Origin: Vicinamibacteraceae bacterium
GTDB taxonomy: Bacteria; Acidobacteriota; Vicinamibacteria; Marinacidobacterales; Marinacidobacteraceae
NCBI GenBank assembly: GCA_012271265.1
Contig: JAAXGQ010000015.1
Coordinates: 6,153-70,152 of the forward strand
Length of the DNA stretch: 64,000 nt
Direction of reading: 5' to 3'
In this document: positions 17,291 to 26,567 of the stretch, in pieces
How positions within the stretch are numbered: the first letter of the stretch is position 1
Layout of the letters: the number at the start of each line of letters is the position of its first letter
Program-made: the position numbers and the translations under genes
The notes under the pieces: generated by a model
What the model was told of the DNA's origin: nothing
Seen by the model: only the letters and a program-made list of their open reading frames with translations
Database searches by the model: none

Positions 17291-19570
17291 TCACCGGGCC
17301 ACCCTGACGACGGTGGCGACCGCCCCATCCGGCTGCCTCGGGATCACGGTCCCGATGCGGACGGCCGCCACCTGCCGCCGGTCGAGGCGGGCGCGGAAAT
17401 CGTCGGCCGCCGCATCCGGGACGCCGACCAGCAGGCCCCCGGCGGTTTGCGGGTCGAACAGCAGCTCGAAGCGCGGGTCGTCGGAAGCGCCGGGCTCGAC
17501 GCGGACGGCCCGGACGATCCGCCGGTTCTGCTCGTGCGCCGTGCTGCGAAGCCCGTCCGCGAGGAGCGCCTCGGCCCCGGGCAGGGCGGGCAGCGCCCTG
17601 ACATCGACCTCGGCGGAAACCCGGCTCGCCCGGAGCATCTCCGCGAGGTGAGTGAGGAGGCCGAAGCCCGTTACGTCCGTCGCCGCGCCGAGCCCCGCCG
17701 CCACCGCCGCCCGGGCCGCCGTCCGGTTCGGCCGCACCATCTGCCGGGTGGCCGCCAGGAGCCATTTTCCCCGCCCCCGCCCCAGCATGACGCCCCGCAG
17801 CACCACGCCGGTTCCCAGCCGCTTCGTCAGCCAGAGTCCGTCGCCGGGAGCGAGCCGGTCCACGGTCAGCAACCGCTCACCCAGCGGATGGCCCTCGACG
17901 CTGAATCCGACGGTCAGCTCGGGGCCGACCGTGGTGTGGCCGCCGAGGAGGGCCACTCCGAGCTCGTCAAGGAGCGAGCGGGCGCCGGCGAGGACCTGGT
18001 AGAGCGTCTCCTCCCGCTCCTCGGGCCCCTGCTCTTCCGGCAGGTTGACGAGCGCCATCGCGAAGCGGGGCGCGGCGCCGGTCGCGTACAGGTCGGAAAG
18101 AGCGTTCGCGGCAGCGACCTTGCCCACAAGCCAGTGGTCACCGCTGAAGGCCCGGAACCAGTCCACGCTCGACACCACGACATCGCCGGAGGGAGTCGCG
18201 AAGGCCGCGGCGTCGTCGGCGTGGGCGAGGCCGAGGCGGACCGCTGCTTCCTGTTCCGGGGGCCCGGAGCCGCGCTCCGCCGCGAGCCGCCCGAGCGCCC
18301 GGTCGAGCGTGGTCTGGCCGGCCTTCGCCGCGCAGCCGCCGCAAAGCATGGACTCCATCCCGCTGCTGTCCATCCGCAGGAACTCCGTGGCGGTGGCCCC
18401 GTCCTCGTCGAGCACCTGAAACTTCCGCATGAACTTCCGGTCGATCCGGTCCTTGAGCCGCATCATGGCGCGGCCGCCGAAGGAGGTTCCCCACTTGGCG
18501 CCGAGCGCCGTCCCGTCCCCCAGGTTCAGCAGCGTCAGGAAATCGGACTGCGGCCGGTAGCGCAGGAGGGGTCGGCCGGCGACGATGCGGCGGAGGTTCC
18601 GATCGAGGAACGGCCCCTGGCGGACGGCGTAGACGCCGGCCTTCGGCGTCTCCGGGTAGTCGCGGAGGGTGGCGCAGTCCCCCACCGCGAAGACGCGGTC
18701 GCTGCCCACTGTCTGGAGCGTGGGGCGGGTGAGCACGAAGCCCCGGTCGTCGAGGGGGAGCCCCGCATCGTGGAACACATCCAGGCTTCCGGCGCCGACG
18801 GCCCAGATCAGGGCATCCGCCGGCTCCCGCTCGCCGCTTGCGAGCAGGACGGCGTCGGCCTCGGCTTCGGCAACCATCTCGCCGGTGCGGATGCGGATGC
18901 CGCGCTCCGCCGCCTGGCTGCGGGCCCGCCGGGCGAGCGACGGGGGGAAGCCGGTCAGGATCTCGGGCAGGGCCTGGATCAGGGTGACCCGCAATTCCGG
19001 TCCCTGCCGCCCGGCGCGACGGGCCTCGCCGAGGAGCCGTTCCCGCACGGTGAAGGCGAGTTCAACCCCCCCGGCGCCGCCGCCGGCGATGACGATGACG
19101 AACGGGCGGGCGGGCGGGTGGGCGAGGAACCGGCGGGAGAGGCCGGCGATGCGGCGCACCAGGACGCCGATCGGGCGGGTCGCCAGCGCGTGCTGGCGGA
19201 CGCCGGGCAGCTGGAGGCCGGCAACGGTGCTCCCGATGTCGAACGAGGCGAAGTCGTAGGCGATCGGCGCCCGATCCTCGAGGAGGATGCGCCGCTTCTC
19301 CGGATTCACACCCACCGCGGGGGCGAGCACCACCTCGATCCCGGCCCGCCGTGCGAGCGGAACCACGTCGATCTCCAGCTCGGACCGGCGGTATTGGCCG
19401 GCGACGAAACCGGGAACCATCCCCGAATACACGGCAACCGGGACATCGAGGACCACCGTGAGCCGCGCCTCCGGCCACGGGCGCATCATTACCCGGCGCA
19501 GGACCTGGACGTGGGAGTGCCCGCCCCCGACGAGGACGATCCGGGGCTTCGGGGCAGCGGCGGGGAGCAT
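17291..19570 (-). CDS. selD: bifunctional FAD-dependent NADH dehydrogenase-like oxidoreductase / selenide, water dikinase (SelD fusion)
   Basis: N-terminal Rossmann fold RIVLVGGGHSHVQVL plus a second FAD/NAD motif (pyridine-nucleotide-disulfide oxidoreductase). C-terminal PurM-like SelD has the Gly-rich catalytic loop MLCGGCAAKAG, with Cys rather than Sec. Start at the Met at 19570. Confidence 0.8.
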   Translation of the reverse strand: MLPAAAPKPRIVLVGGGHSHVQVLRRVMMRPWPEARLTVVLDVPVAVYSGMVPGFVAGQYRRSELEIDVVPLARRAGIEVVLAPAVGVNPEKRRILLEDRAPIAYDFASFDIGSTVAGLQLPGVRQHALATRPIGVLVRRIAGLSRRFLAHPPARPFVIVIAGGGAGGVELAFTVRERLLGEARRAGRQGPELRVTLIQALPEILTGFPPSLARRARSQAAERGIRIRTGEMVAEAEADAVLLASGEREPADALIWAVGAGSLDVFHDAGLPLDDRGFVLTRPTLQTVGSDRVFAVGDCATLRDYPETPKAGVYAVRQGPFLDRNLRRIVAGRPLLRYRPQSDFLTLLNLGDGTALGAKWGTSFGGRAMMRLKDRIDRKFMRKFQVLDEDGATATEFLRMDSSGMESMLCGGCAAKAGQTTLDRALGRLAAERGSGPPEQEAAVRLGLAHADDAAAFATPSGDVVVSSVDWFRAFSGDHWLVGKVAAANALSDLYATGAAPRFAMALVNLPEEQGPEEREETLYQVLAGARSLLDELGVALLGGHTTVGPELTVGFSVEGHPLGERLLTVDRLAPGDGLWLTKRLGTGVVLRGVMLGRGRGKWLLAATRQMVRPNRTAARAAVAAGLGAATDVTGFGLLTHLAEMLRASRVSAEVDVRALPALPGAEALLADGLRSTAHEQNRRIVRAVRVEPGASDDPRFELLFDPQTAGGLLVGVPDAAADDFRARLDRRQVAAVRIGTVIPRQPDGAVATVVRVAR

Positions 19571-19674
19571 CGGGGGGGGCGGGAGCGGGCAGCGTAACCG
19601 CGCCGGCGGCCCGTTCGGCCTCCCCGCCCATAGAATCGCGGATCCGGCGTTCACCGGCGCCGGAGGAGACGACC

Positions 19675-21300
19675 ATGCCCGACCCACAGAACCACTTCCA
19701 AGCGCGCTCCCGCCTCACCCTGGGGCTGGCCGGCGGCGCCCTCCTCGCCCTCCTCGCGGCCTGCGCTCCCGCCGGCGAGGACGAGATGATGGAGCAACCC
19801 TGCACCGACGAGATGGACCTGAACGAGTGCCTCGTCTTCCGATCGGCGCAGTACGAGCTCGACACCGAGCGCGACGACCCGCCGCGCGGCCACCTCGATC
19901 CCGACGTGTTCATCGAGCACGAGGCGGCCGGATTCGCCAAGGTTCTCTGCTCGGCGGTGTTCCTGACCGGCCTCGACTTCGAAGCCGCCCAGGAGCAGAT
20001 CGGCGGCTTCACCGCCCGCTACCAGTATCGGGACCGGCTGCCCGGACGCGAGGTGGAAATGGACGAGCAGATGGTCCGGATCACGACGGACACCGGGGTG
20101 ACCCGGACGGCGGTCCTCCACGGCGACCAGGGCTGCGTGGCCCTGCCGATCGGTGAGGGCGCCCCGTTCTACGAGACGGTTCCCGTCACCTCGACGGTGA
20201 ACGTGGACGATCCCTGGCCGGCCGGCGATGTGCTTCCCGACGAGCCGCTGCCGGACGACGTGGACGCCGGGAAGCTCGAAGCGGCGGTGGACGCGGCGTT
20301 CGCCGAGGAAGCCATGACCCTTGCCTTTGTGGTGCTTCACCGGGGCCGGCTCGTGGCCGAGCGCTACCGCGAGGAAGACGGCATCACGAAGGACACGCCG
20401 CTCGAGAGCTGGTCCATGAACAAGAGCCTCTCGGCGACGCTGCTGGGGGTCCTCATCACCCAGGGCGACTACACCCTCGACCAGCCCGCCCCGATCGATG
20501 CCTGGCACGAGGACCCCGACGACGTGCGGGGCACGATCCGCATTCAGGACATCCTGCAGATGTCGAGCGGGCTGCGCTGCGTGAACGCCGGCGATCCGGA
20601 GTACGACGAGGCCACGATGGGGTACCCGGACCACCTCTACCTCTACACCAGCACCATCGATTCCCACGAATGGGCCACCCGGCGGCCGCCCCAGTGGGCG
20701 CCGAACACCGTCGGCCGCTACCGCAATTGCGACCCGATCCTCACGAACCACATCGTGCGGCTCGGCGTCGAGGCGCGGGGCGAGAACTACCACCAGTTCC
20801 CGCAGACGCACCTCTTCGACAGGATCGGCGCGTCCCGGTTCGTGGCGGAGGCCGATCCCCACGGCAACTTCCTCCTGAACGGCTACGGCTTCGGCAGCGG
20901 CCGCGCCTGGGCCCGGCTGGGGCAGCTCTACCTCGACGGGGGCGTCGGACTGAACGGGGAGCGGGTGCTCTCCGAAGAGTTCGTGGAGTTCGCGACCTCC
21001 GTGGCTCCCTCCTGGGAGGCCGACGGCCGGCCGATCTACGGCGGACTCATCTGGATCAACAACCCGGTTCGGGGCGGCGAGAAGCGGTTCCCGTCGCTGC
21101 CGAACAGCACCTACAGCTTCGCCGGAGCCGGCGGCCAGAGCACGATCATCGTGCCCGAGCACGAAATGGTGATCGCCCGGCTCGGGCTGTACCAGGGTTC
21201 GTTCGACGGCCATGCGAACCGGGCGCTCCAGGACGCGCTCGCGCTGCTCGTCGAGGCGATTCCCCACGTTTCCGAAGCGGAAGCAGGAGCTGACAACTGA
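19675..21300 (+). CDS. beta-lactamase-family serine hydrolase lipoprotein
   Basis: Lipoprotein signal LLAACAP and an SxxK active-site motif (SMNKS); overall class A/C beta-lactamase-related hydrolase architecture. Confidence 0.65.
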   Translation: MPDPQNHFQARSRLTLGLAGGALLALLAACAPAGEDEMMEQPCTDEMDLNECLVFRSAQYELDTERDDPPRGHLDPDVFIEHEAAGFAKVLCSAVFLTGLDFEAAQEQIGGFTARYQYRDRLPGREVEMDEQMVRITTDTGVTRTAVLHGDQGCVALPIGEGAPFYETVPVTSTVNVDDPWPAGDVLPDEPLPDDVDAGKLEAAVDAAFAEEAMTLAFVVLHRGRLVAERYREEDGITKDTPLESWSMNKSLSATLLGVLITQGDYTLDQPAPIDAWHEDPDDVRGTIRIQDILQMSSGLRCVNAGDPEYDEATMGYPDHLYLYTSTIDSHEWATRRPPQWAPNTVGRYRNCDPILTNHIVRLGVEARGENYHQFPQTHLFDRIGASRFVAEADPHGNFLLNGYGFGSGRAWARLGQLYLDGGVGLNGERVLSEEFVEFATSVAPSWEADGRPIYGGLIWINNPVRGGEKRFPSLPNSTYSFAGAGGQSTIIVPEHEMVIARLGLYQGSFDGHANRALQDALALLVEAIPHVSEAEAGADN

Positions 21301-22427
21301 TGTACAGAGCGGCAGCGGCGTTTTCCTTTCTGCTGGCGGCGGCGGCGGCGGCGCCCGCCCAGTCGGGGTTCGCCATGGGGCCGCTGCCGCTCGAAACGCT
21401 CACCCTGCCCCCGGGCTTCGAGATTTCGGTCTGGGGGCGCATTCCCGGAGCGCGGTCCCTGACCCGGGGCGACGACGGCACCATCTTCGTGGGCACCCGG
21501 GGCGCCTCGAGCAGCGTCTACGCCATCGCCGACCGGGACGGCGACCACGAGGCGGACGAGGTCCACACGCTCGTCGAGGGCCTCTTCATGCCGAACGGGG
21601 TCGCGTTTCGCGACGGCAGCCTTTATGTGGCGGAGGTGAACCGGATCCTCCGGTTCGACGACATCGAGGCGCGCCTCGCCGATCCGGGGGAGCCGGTGCT
21701 GGTCACCGACGAGCTTCCCGACATGCGGCACCACGGCTGGAAGTTCATCGACTTCGGCCCCGACGGAATGCTCTACGTGCCGGTGGGGGCGCCCTGCAAC
21801 CGCTGCGACTCGAAGAATCCGCTCTTCGCCTCGATCGCCCGGATGCAGCCCGACGGGTCGGACATCGAGGTGGCCGCGGCCGGGGTCCGCATGTCCGTCG
21901 GGTTCGACTGGCACCCGGAGACCGGGCAGATGTGGTTCACCGACAACAACCCCGACTGGCTCGGCGACGACAACCCGCCGGGCGAGATGAACATCCTCAC
22001 CGAGATCGGCCAGCACTTCGGCTATCCCTACTGCCACGGCGGGGATCGGCCGGACCCGTGGTTCGAGCGTGAGCGTTCCTGCGACGAGTTCGAGCCGCCG
22101 ACGCAGCAGCTCGGGCCGCACGTGGCCGCGATCGGGATGGCCTTCTACCGGGGGGACCAGTTCCCCGAGGAGTTCCGCGGCCAGGCGATCGTCGCCGAGC
22201 ACGGCTCCTGGAACCGGACCGAGCGGATCGGCTACCGGCTCACGCTGGTGCGGACCAAAGGCGGCGTCGCCGCCGGCTACGAGGACTTCGTCACCGGCTG
22301 GATCGGGAAGCCCGACGAGAGCCCCTGGGGCCGACCCGTGGATGTCCTCGAACTCCCCGCCGGCGACATCCTCGTGAGCGACGACCGCGCCGACGCCATC
22401 TACCGGATCTGGCATCCGGGAGGCTGA
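21300..22427 (+). CDS. PQQ-dependent sugar dehydrogenase (soluble aldose/sorbosone dehydrogenase family, beta-propeller)
   Basis: Signal peptide; GMLYVPVGAPCNRCD, WFTDNNPDWLGDD and HFGYPYCHG are hallmarks of the YliI/sGDH family. Confidence 0.8.
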   Translation: MYRAAAAFSFLLAAAAAAPAQSGFAMGPLPLETLTLPPGFEISVWGRIPGARSLTRGDDGTIFVGTRGASSSVYAIADRDGDHEADEVHTLVEGLFMPNGVAFRDGSLYVAEVNRILRFDDIEARLADPGEPVLVTDELPDMRHHGWKFIDFGPDGMLYVPVGAPCNRCDSKNPLFASIARMQPDGSDIEVAAAGVRMSVGFDWHPETGQMWFTDNNPDWLGDDNPPGEMNILTEIGQHFGYPYCHGGDRPDPWFERERSCDEFEPPTQQLGPHVAAIGMAFYRGDQFPEEFRGQAIVAEHGSWNRTERIGYRLTLVRTKGGVAAGYEDFVTGWIGKPDESPWGRPVDVLELPAGDILVSDDRADAIYRIWHPGG

Positions 22428-24376
22428 TGTTCCGTCCGTTTGCGGCGCTCCTGGCGCTGGCAGTCACCGGGGGGGCCTCCGCCGGCGGACAGCGCGTGGC
22501 GGGGGAGTGGCCGCATTACGCGGCGGATCTGGCTTCCACGCGGTACTCGCCGCTGGACCAGATCGACCGGCAGAACGTTCACGAGCTGGAGATCGTCTGG
22601 CGGTGGACCTCGCAGAACTACGGCCCCCGGCCGGACTTCAACCTGCGGACCACGCCGATCATGCTGGACAGGACGCTCTATGTGACCGCCGGCGCCCGAC
22701 GGGCAGCCGCCGCGATCGACGCGGCGACCGGGGAGACGCTGTGGACCTACCGCCTCGATGAGGGAAAGCGGGGCGAGTCGGCGCCTCGGGCGACCTCGGG
22801 GCGGGGGCTCGCGTTCTGGAGCGACGGAGAGTCGGCCCGGCTGTTCCTCGTGACCCCGGCCTACCGCCTCGTGGCCCTCGACGCCGCGAGCGGCAGGCCC
22901 ATCCCCGGCTTCGGGCTCGACGGCATGGTGGACCTCCGCCGCAACCTCGGCCGGGAAGTGAACCTGGAGACTGCCCGCATCGGAGCCGGGGCGCCTCCGA
23001 CGGTCGTCGGGGATGTCGTCGTGCTCGGGGCGGCGCTGGTCAGCGGCAGCGCGCCGCCGTCGCCGGAGAACGCGCCCTCGCCGGTCCGAGGTTACGACGC
23101 GCGGACGGGCGAGCTGCTTTGGACATTCCACACGATCCCCCGCGAGGGCGAATTCGGGAACGACACCTGGGAAAGCGACGCGTGGCGCACCACCGGCAAC
23201 ACCGGCGTCTGGGCGTGGATGAGCGCCGATCCGGAGCTCGGGCTGGTCTACCTGCCGACCGAAGCGCCGACCGGCGACTACTACGGCGGCCACCGCCCGG
23301 GGGACAACCTCTTCAGCCAGAGCGTGGTGGCGCTCGACGTGAGCACCGGAGAGCGCGTCTGGCACTTCCAGACGGTCCACCACCCCATCTGGGACTACGA
23401 CCTCCCCACCGCTCCGGTGCTGCTCGACCTCGTGGTGGACGCTCGGGAGATCCCTGCGCTCGCCCAGGTAACGAAGCAGGGCTTCACCTTCGTGTTCGAT
23501 CGCCGCACCGGCGAGCCCGTCTGGCCCATCGAGGAGCGCCCGGTGGCGGCGAGCGACGTGCCCGGCGAGAAGACCTCCCCGACGCAGCCGTTTCCGACGA
23601 AGCCCCCGCCGTTCCAGCGGCAGGGGGTGAGCGAAGACGACCTCCTCGATCTGACCCCCGATCTCCACGCCGAGGCGCGCGCCATCGCGAACTTCTACAC
23701 CCTGGGTCCGCTCTTCACCCCGCCGACGCTCATGGTGGAGCGCGGGAACCGGGGCACGCTCACCGTGCCGGGGGCGCTCGGCGGCGCGAACTGGCCGAGC
23801 GTGGCCGCCGATCCGGAGACCGGAGTCGTCTATGTCTCCTCCGGCCTCGACATGAACGTGCTCGGGCTCGAGAACGACCCCGAGCGCTCCACGATGGACT
23901 TCATCCAGGGGCGGGCCCGGGAGCTGCGTCTGCCGGAGGGGGGCGGACCGCAGGGGCTGCCGCTTCTGAAGCCGCCGTGGGGGCTCATCACCGCGCTCGA
24001 TCTGAACCGGGGCGAGATCCTCTGGCAGATCCCGAACAGCGACACGCCGGAGTGGGTGCGGGAGCACCCTGCCCTCGCCGGCGTCGAGCTCGGACGCACC
24101 GGCCAGCGCGACCGGGGCGGGCTGCTGGTGACCAGGACGCTGCTCTTCGCCGGGGAGGGGAGCGGAATGTTCGCCGCCTACGGCAGCGGCGGACCGATGT
24201 TCCGCGCCCACGACAAGGCGACCGGCGAGATCCTGTGGGAGACCGAGCTCCCCGCGAACCAGTCGGGGACACCGATGAGCTACCTGGTGGACGGCCGCCA
24301 GTTCATCGTGGTCGCGGTCGGCGCCCCGAACCACCCCGGCGAGTTCGTCGCGATGGCGCTGCCGGACGAACGATGA
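22427..24376 (+). CDS. PQQ-dependent quinoprotein dehydrogenase (8-bladed propeller)
   Basis: Signal peptide and repeated W-x-F/Y-D tryptophan-docking motifs (LWTYRLD, LLWTFHT, RVWHFQT, EILWQIP, EILWETELP). Paralog of 46340-48262. Confidence 0.82.
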   Translation: MFRPFAALLALAVTGGASAGGQRVAGEWPHYAADLASTRYSPLDQIDRQNVHELEIVWRWTSQNYGPRPDFNLRTTPIMLDRTLYVTAGARRAAAAIDAATGETLWTYRLDEGKRGESAPRATSGRGLAFWSDGESARLFLVTPAYRLVALDAASGRPIPGFGLDGMVDLRRNLGREVNLETARIGAGAPPTVVGDVVVLGAALVSGSAPPSPENAPSPVRGYDARTGELLWTFHTIPREGEFGNDTWESDAWRTTGNTGVWAWMSADPELGLVYLPTEAPTGDYYGGHRPGDNLFSQSVVALDVSTGERVWHFQTVHHPIWDYDLPTAPVLLDLVVDAREIPALAQVTKQGFTFVFDRRTGEPVWPIEERPVAASDVPGEKTSPTQPFPTKPPPFQRQGVSEDDLLDLTPDLHAEARAIANFYTLGPLFTPPTLMVERGNRGTLTVPGALGGANWPSVAADPETGVVYVSSGLDMNVLGLENDPERSTMDFIQGRARELRLPEGGGPQGLPLLKPPWGLITALDLNRGEILWQIPNSDTPEWVREHPALAGVELGRTGQRDRGGLLVTRTLLFAGEGSGMFAAYGSGGPMFRAHDKATGEILWETELPANQSGTPMSYLVDGRQFIVVAVGAPNHPGEFVAMALPDER

Positions 24377-24401
24377 CACTCCCGGATTCGAAGGTGATGC
24401 A

Positions 24402-24806
24402 ATGAAGAGTTTTCTGTCCGGCCACCGTGAAACCGCCTACGCGCTCCTGCGGATCGTCGCCGGGTTCGGCTTCCTCTGCCACGGGGTCGTGGCGGTGGGA
24501 TTCCTGCTCGGCGACGGCACGCCCTACTCCCCGGCGTGGCTCTACAACACCGCCGGCATCGTGGAGCTCGTGACCGGGGCGCTGATTCTGGTCGGCTACC
24601 AGGTCCGGATCGCCGCCTTCCTCGCCTCGGGGCAGATGGCGGTGGCCTACTTCTACCGCCACCAGCCGGAGGGCCTGCTCCCGATCGCCAACGACGGCGA
24701 ACTGGCGATGGTCTATTGCTTCGTCTTCCTCCTGCTCGCCACCGGCGGCGCCGGCAAATGGAGCATCGAGTCCTGCTGCCCGCCGAAGGGAGCGAAAGCG
24801 GCATGA
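24402..24806 (+). CDS. DoxX-family membrane protein
   Basis: 134 aa with 4 predicted TM helices; YALLRIVAGFGFLCHG is a DoxX-like N-terminus. Confidence 0.7.
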   Translation: MKSFLSGHRETAYALLRIVAGFGFLCHGVVAVGFLLGDGTPYSPAWLYNTAGIVELVTGALILVGYQVRIAAFLASGQMAVAYFYRHQPEGLLPIANDGELAMVYCFVFLLLATGGAGKWSIESCCPPKGAKAA

Positions 24807-25381
24807 ACCTGACGCGAGAGGAAGCCTGGGCGCACCTCACCGACTGGTGCGAAACGGAATCGCTGCGCAAACACGCGCGGGCGGTGGAGGTGGTCATGCG
24901 CGCCGCCGCCGCCCGTTACGGAGGTCCCGATGCCGACCCGGAGGTCTGGGGGATCGCCGGGATGCTCCACGACGCCGACTACGAGAAATGGCCGGAGGAA
25001 CACCCGAACCGGATCGTGGCCTGGCTGCGGGAGCGCGGTGAAGAGGAGCTCGCCCACGCCATCTCCGGCCACTACACGAAGTGGGGCGTCGAGCTGAAGT
25101 CGCCCCTGGACCGGGCTCTGCTCGCCTGCGACGAGCTCACCGGCTTCATCTGCGCCTGCTGCCTGGTCCGGCCCGACGGGGTGTCGACGCTCAAGGCGAA
25201 GAGCGTGAAGAAGAAGCTGAAGTCCCGGGGATTCGCCGCCAAGGTGGAGCGGCACGAATGCCGGGTGGGCGCGGAACTGCTCGAAGTGGAACTCGGCGAG
25301 CACATCACCTTCATCATCGGCGCCCTCCGTCCCCACGCCGATGAGCTCGGCATCACCGGCCGAAGACTTCCCCCTTCCTGA
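24803..25381 (+). CDS. HD-domain phosphohydrolase
   Basis: HARAVEVVMRAAA...AGMLHDADYEK gives the H...HD motif of HD-superfamily hydrolases; ATG at 24803 overlaps the DoxX stop. Its last about 130 bp are duplicated downstream at 27672-27808. Confidence 0.75.
   Translation: MNLTREEAWAHLTDWCETESLRKHARAVEVVMRAAAARYGGPDADPEVWGIAGMLHDADYEKWPEEHPNRIVAWLRERGEEELAHAISGHYTKWGVELKSPLDRALLACDELTGFICACCLVRPDGVSTLKAKSVKKKLKSRGFAAKVERHECRVGAELLEVELGEHITFIIGALRPHADELGITGRRLPPS
25222..25358. repeat. direct repeat A: intact 3' end of the HD gene, duplicated downstream of the inserted cassette
   Basis: attcgccgccaaggtggagcggcacgaatgccgggtgggcgcggaactgc...gagcacatcaccttcatcatcggcgccctcc...ctcggcatcacc is about 88% identical to 27672-27808. 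Confidence 0.85.
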
Positions 25382-26567
25382 CGCCGTGGACGCGGCCCGC
25401 CTCCGGGAACTCCTCGCCAGGAGGGAATCCGACCGGGTGGAATTCACGACTTCGTCGCCCGGGAGGACCGACAAGTTCGCGCAGGCAGCCTGCGCGTTCG
25501 CGAACGACCTGCCGGCGCACGGACGACCGGGGTTCATTGTGTTTGGCGTCCATGACACCGGGTCGCCGGCCGGGTGGACGGTCTCCGACCGGCTTCTGAA
25601 GCGGTTGGCCGGGCTGCGGTCCAATGTGAGCCTGGGACCGATCCCGTCTCTGGTGGTGCACAAGGTCGCTCTTGCCGAGGGTGACGTGGCCGTGGTCGAG
25701 GTTCAGCCCGCCGACTTTCCTCCGGTGCGCTACCGGGGACGCGTGTGGGTGCGGGTGGGGCCGACCCGGCGCGTGGCGACCAGGCAGGAAGAGCAGATTC
25801 TGACGGAAAGGCGCGCCTTCGGCCTGGCCACGTTCGACCTGCGGCCCGCCGCCGGCTCGTCCATCCACGACCTGGCGGAGGACCTGTTCCGGATCGGCTA
25901 TCTGCCGCACGCGGTGTCCCCCGATGTGCTCCTCGAGAACGACCGGGGCGTCAGGGAACAGCTCGCCTCCCTTCGGTTCTTCGACCTCCGGCACGGATGT
26001 CCGACCTATGCGGCGCTCCTGCTGTTCGCCCGGGATCCGTTGCGCTGGATCCCCGGCGCATGGATCCAGTTCGTGCAGTGGGCGGGAACGTCGCTGGCAA
26101 GCGAACCCATCCGCAGCCGTACGGTCGCCGGCGACCTGCTGACCGTTCTGCGCGAGGTGGATCTGCTCGCGTCCCTTCCCACCGACGCCCGGCCGGTCCC
26201 GGAGACGACGCTTCGGGAACGACACGAGCGGCGCTATCCGAAAGCCGCGATTCGGGAACTCCTGCTGAACGCCGTCATGCACCGGCTCTACGAATCGACC
26301 GCGCCCGTTCGCTTCAACTGGTTCACGGACCGCCTCGAGATCCAGAATCCGGGCGGCCTCTACGGGATCGCGCCGGCGGACTTTCCCCATCGGACAAGCT
26401 ATCGGAATCCGGTCATCGCCGAGGCGATGGCGACCCTTGGATACGTGAACCGGTTCGGACGTGGAGTCCTGGCGGCTCAGGCAGCGTTGCGGGCCAACAG
26501 GAATCCGGACGCGGAGTTCCAGTTCGATCCGGCGCACGTCCTGGTGACGATGCGGGCGCGGCCATGA
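25341..26567 (+). CDS. Schlafen/AlbA_2 DNA-binding domain + HATPase_c_4 (RecG-C-terminal-like) protein, often annotated as putative transcriptional regulator/ATP-binding protein
   Basis: N-terminal AlbA_2 signature ESDRVEFTTS...AACAFANDLPAHGRPGFIVFGVHDTG. C-terminal HATPase_c_4 signature IRELLLNAVMHRLYES...RLEIQNPGGLYGI...YRNPVIAEAMATLGYVNRFGRGV. Sits inside the DR-flanked insertion; the start may be slightly downstream of 25341, since that start overlaps the HD gene. Confidence 0.7.
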   Translation: MSSASPAEDFPLPDAVDAARLRELLARRESDRVEFTTSSPGRTDKFAQAACAFANDLPAHGRPGFIVFGVHDTGSPAGWTVSDRLLKRLAGLRSNVSLGPIPSLVVHKVALAEGDVAVVEVQPADFPPVRYRGRVWVRVGPTRRVATRQEEQILTERRAFGLATFDLRPAAGSSIHDLAEDLFRIGYLPHAVSPDVLLENDRGVREQLASLRFFDLRHGCPTYAALLLFARDPLRWIPGAWIQFVQWAGTSLASEPIRSRTVAGDLLTVLREVDLLASLPTDARPVPETTLRERHERRYPKAAIRELLLNAVMHRLYESTAPVRFNWFTDRLEIQNPGGLYGIAPADFPHRTSYRNPVIAEAMATLGYVNRFGRGVLAAQAALRANRNPDAEFQFDPAHVLVTMRARP

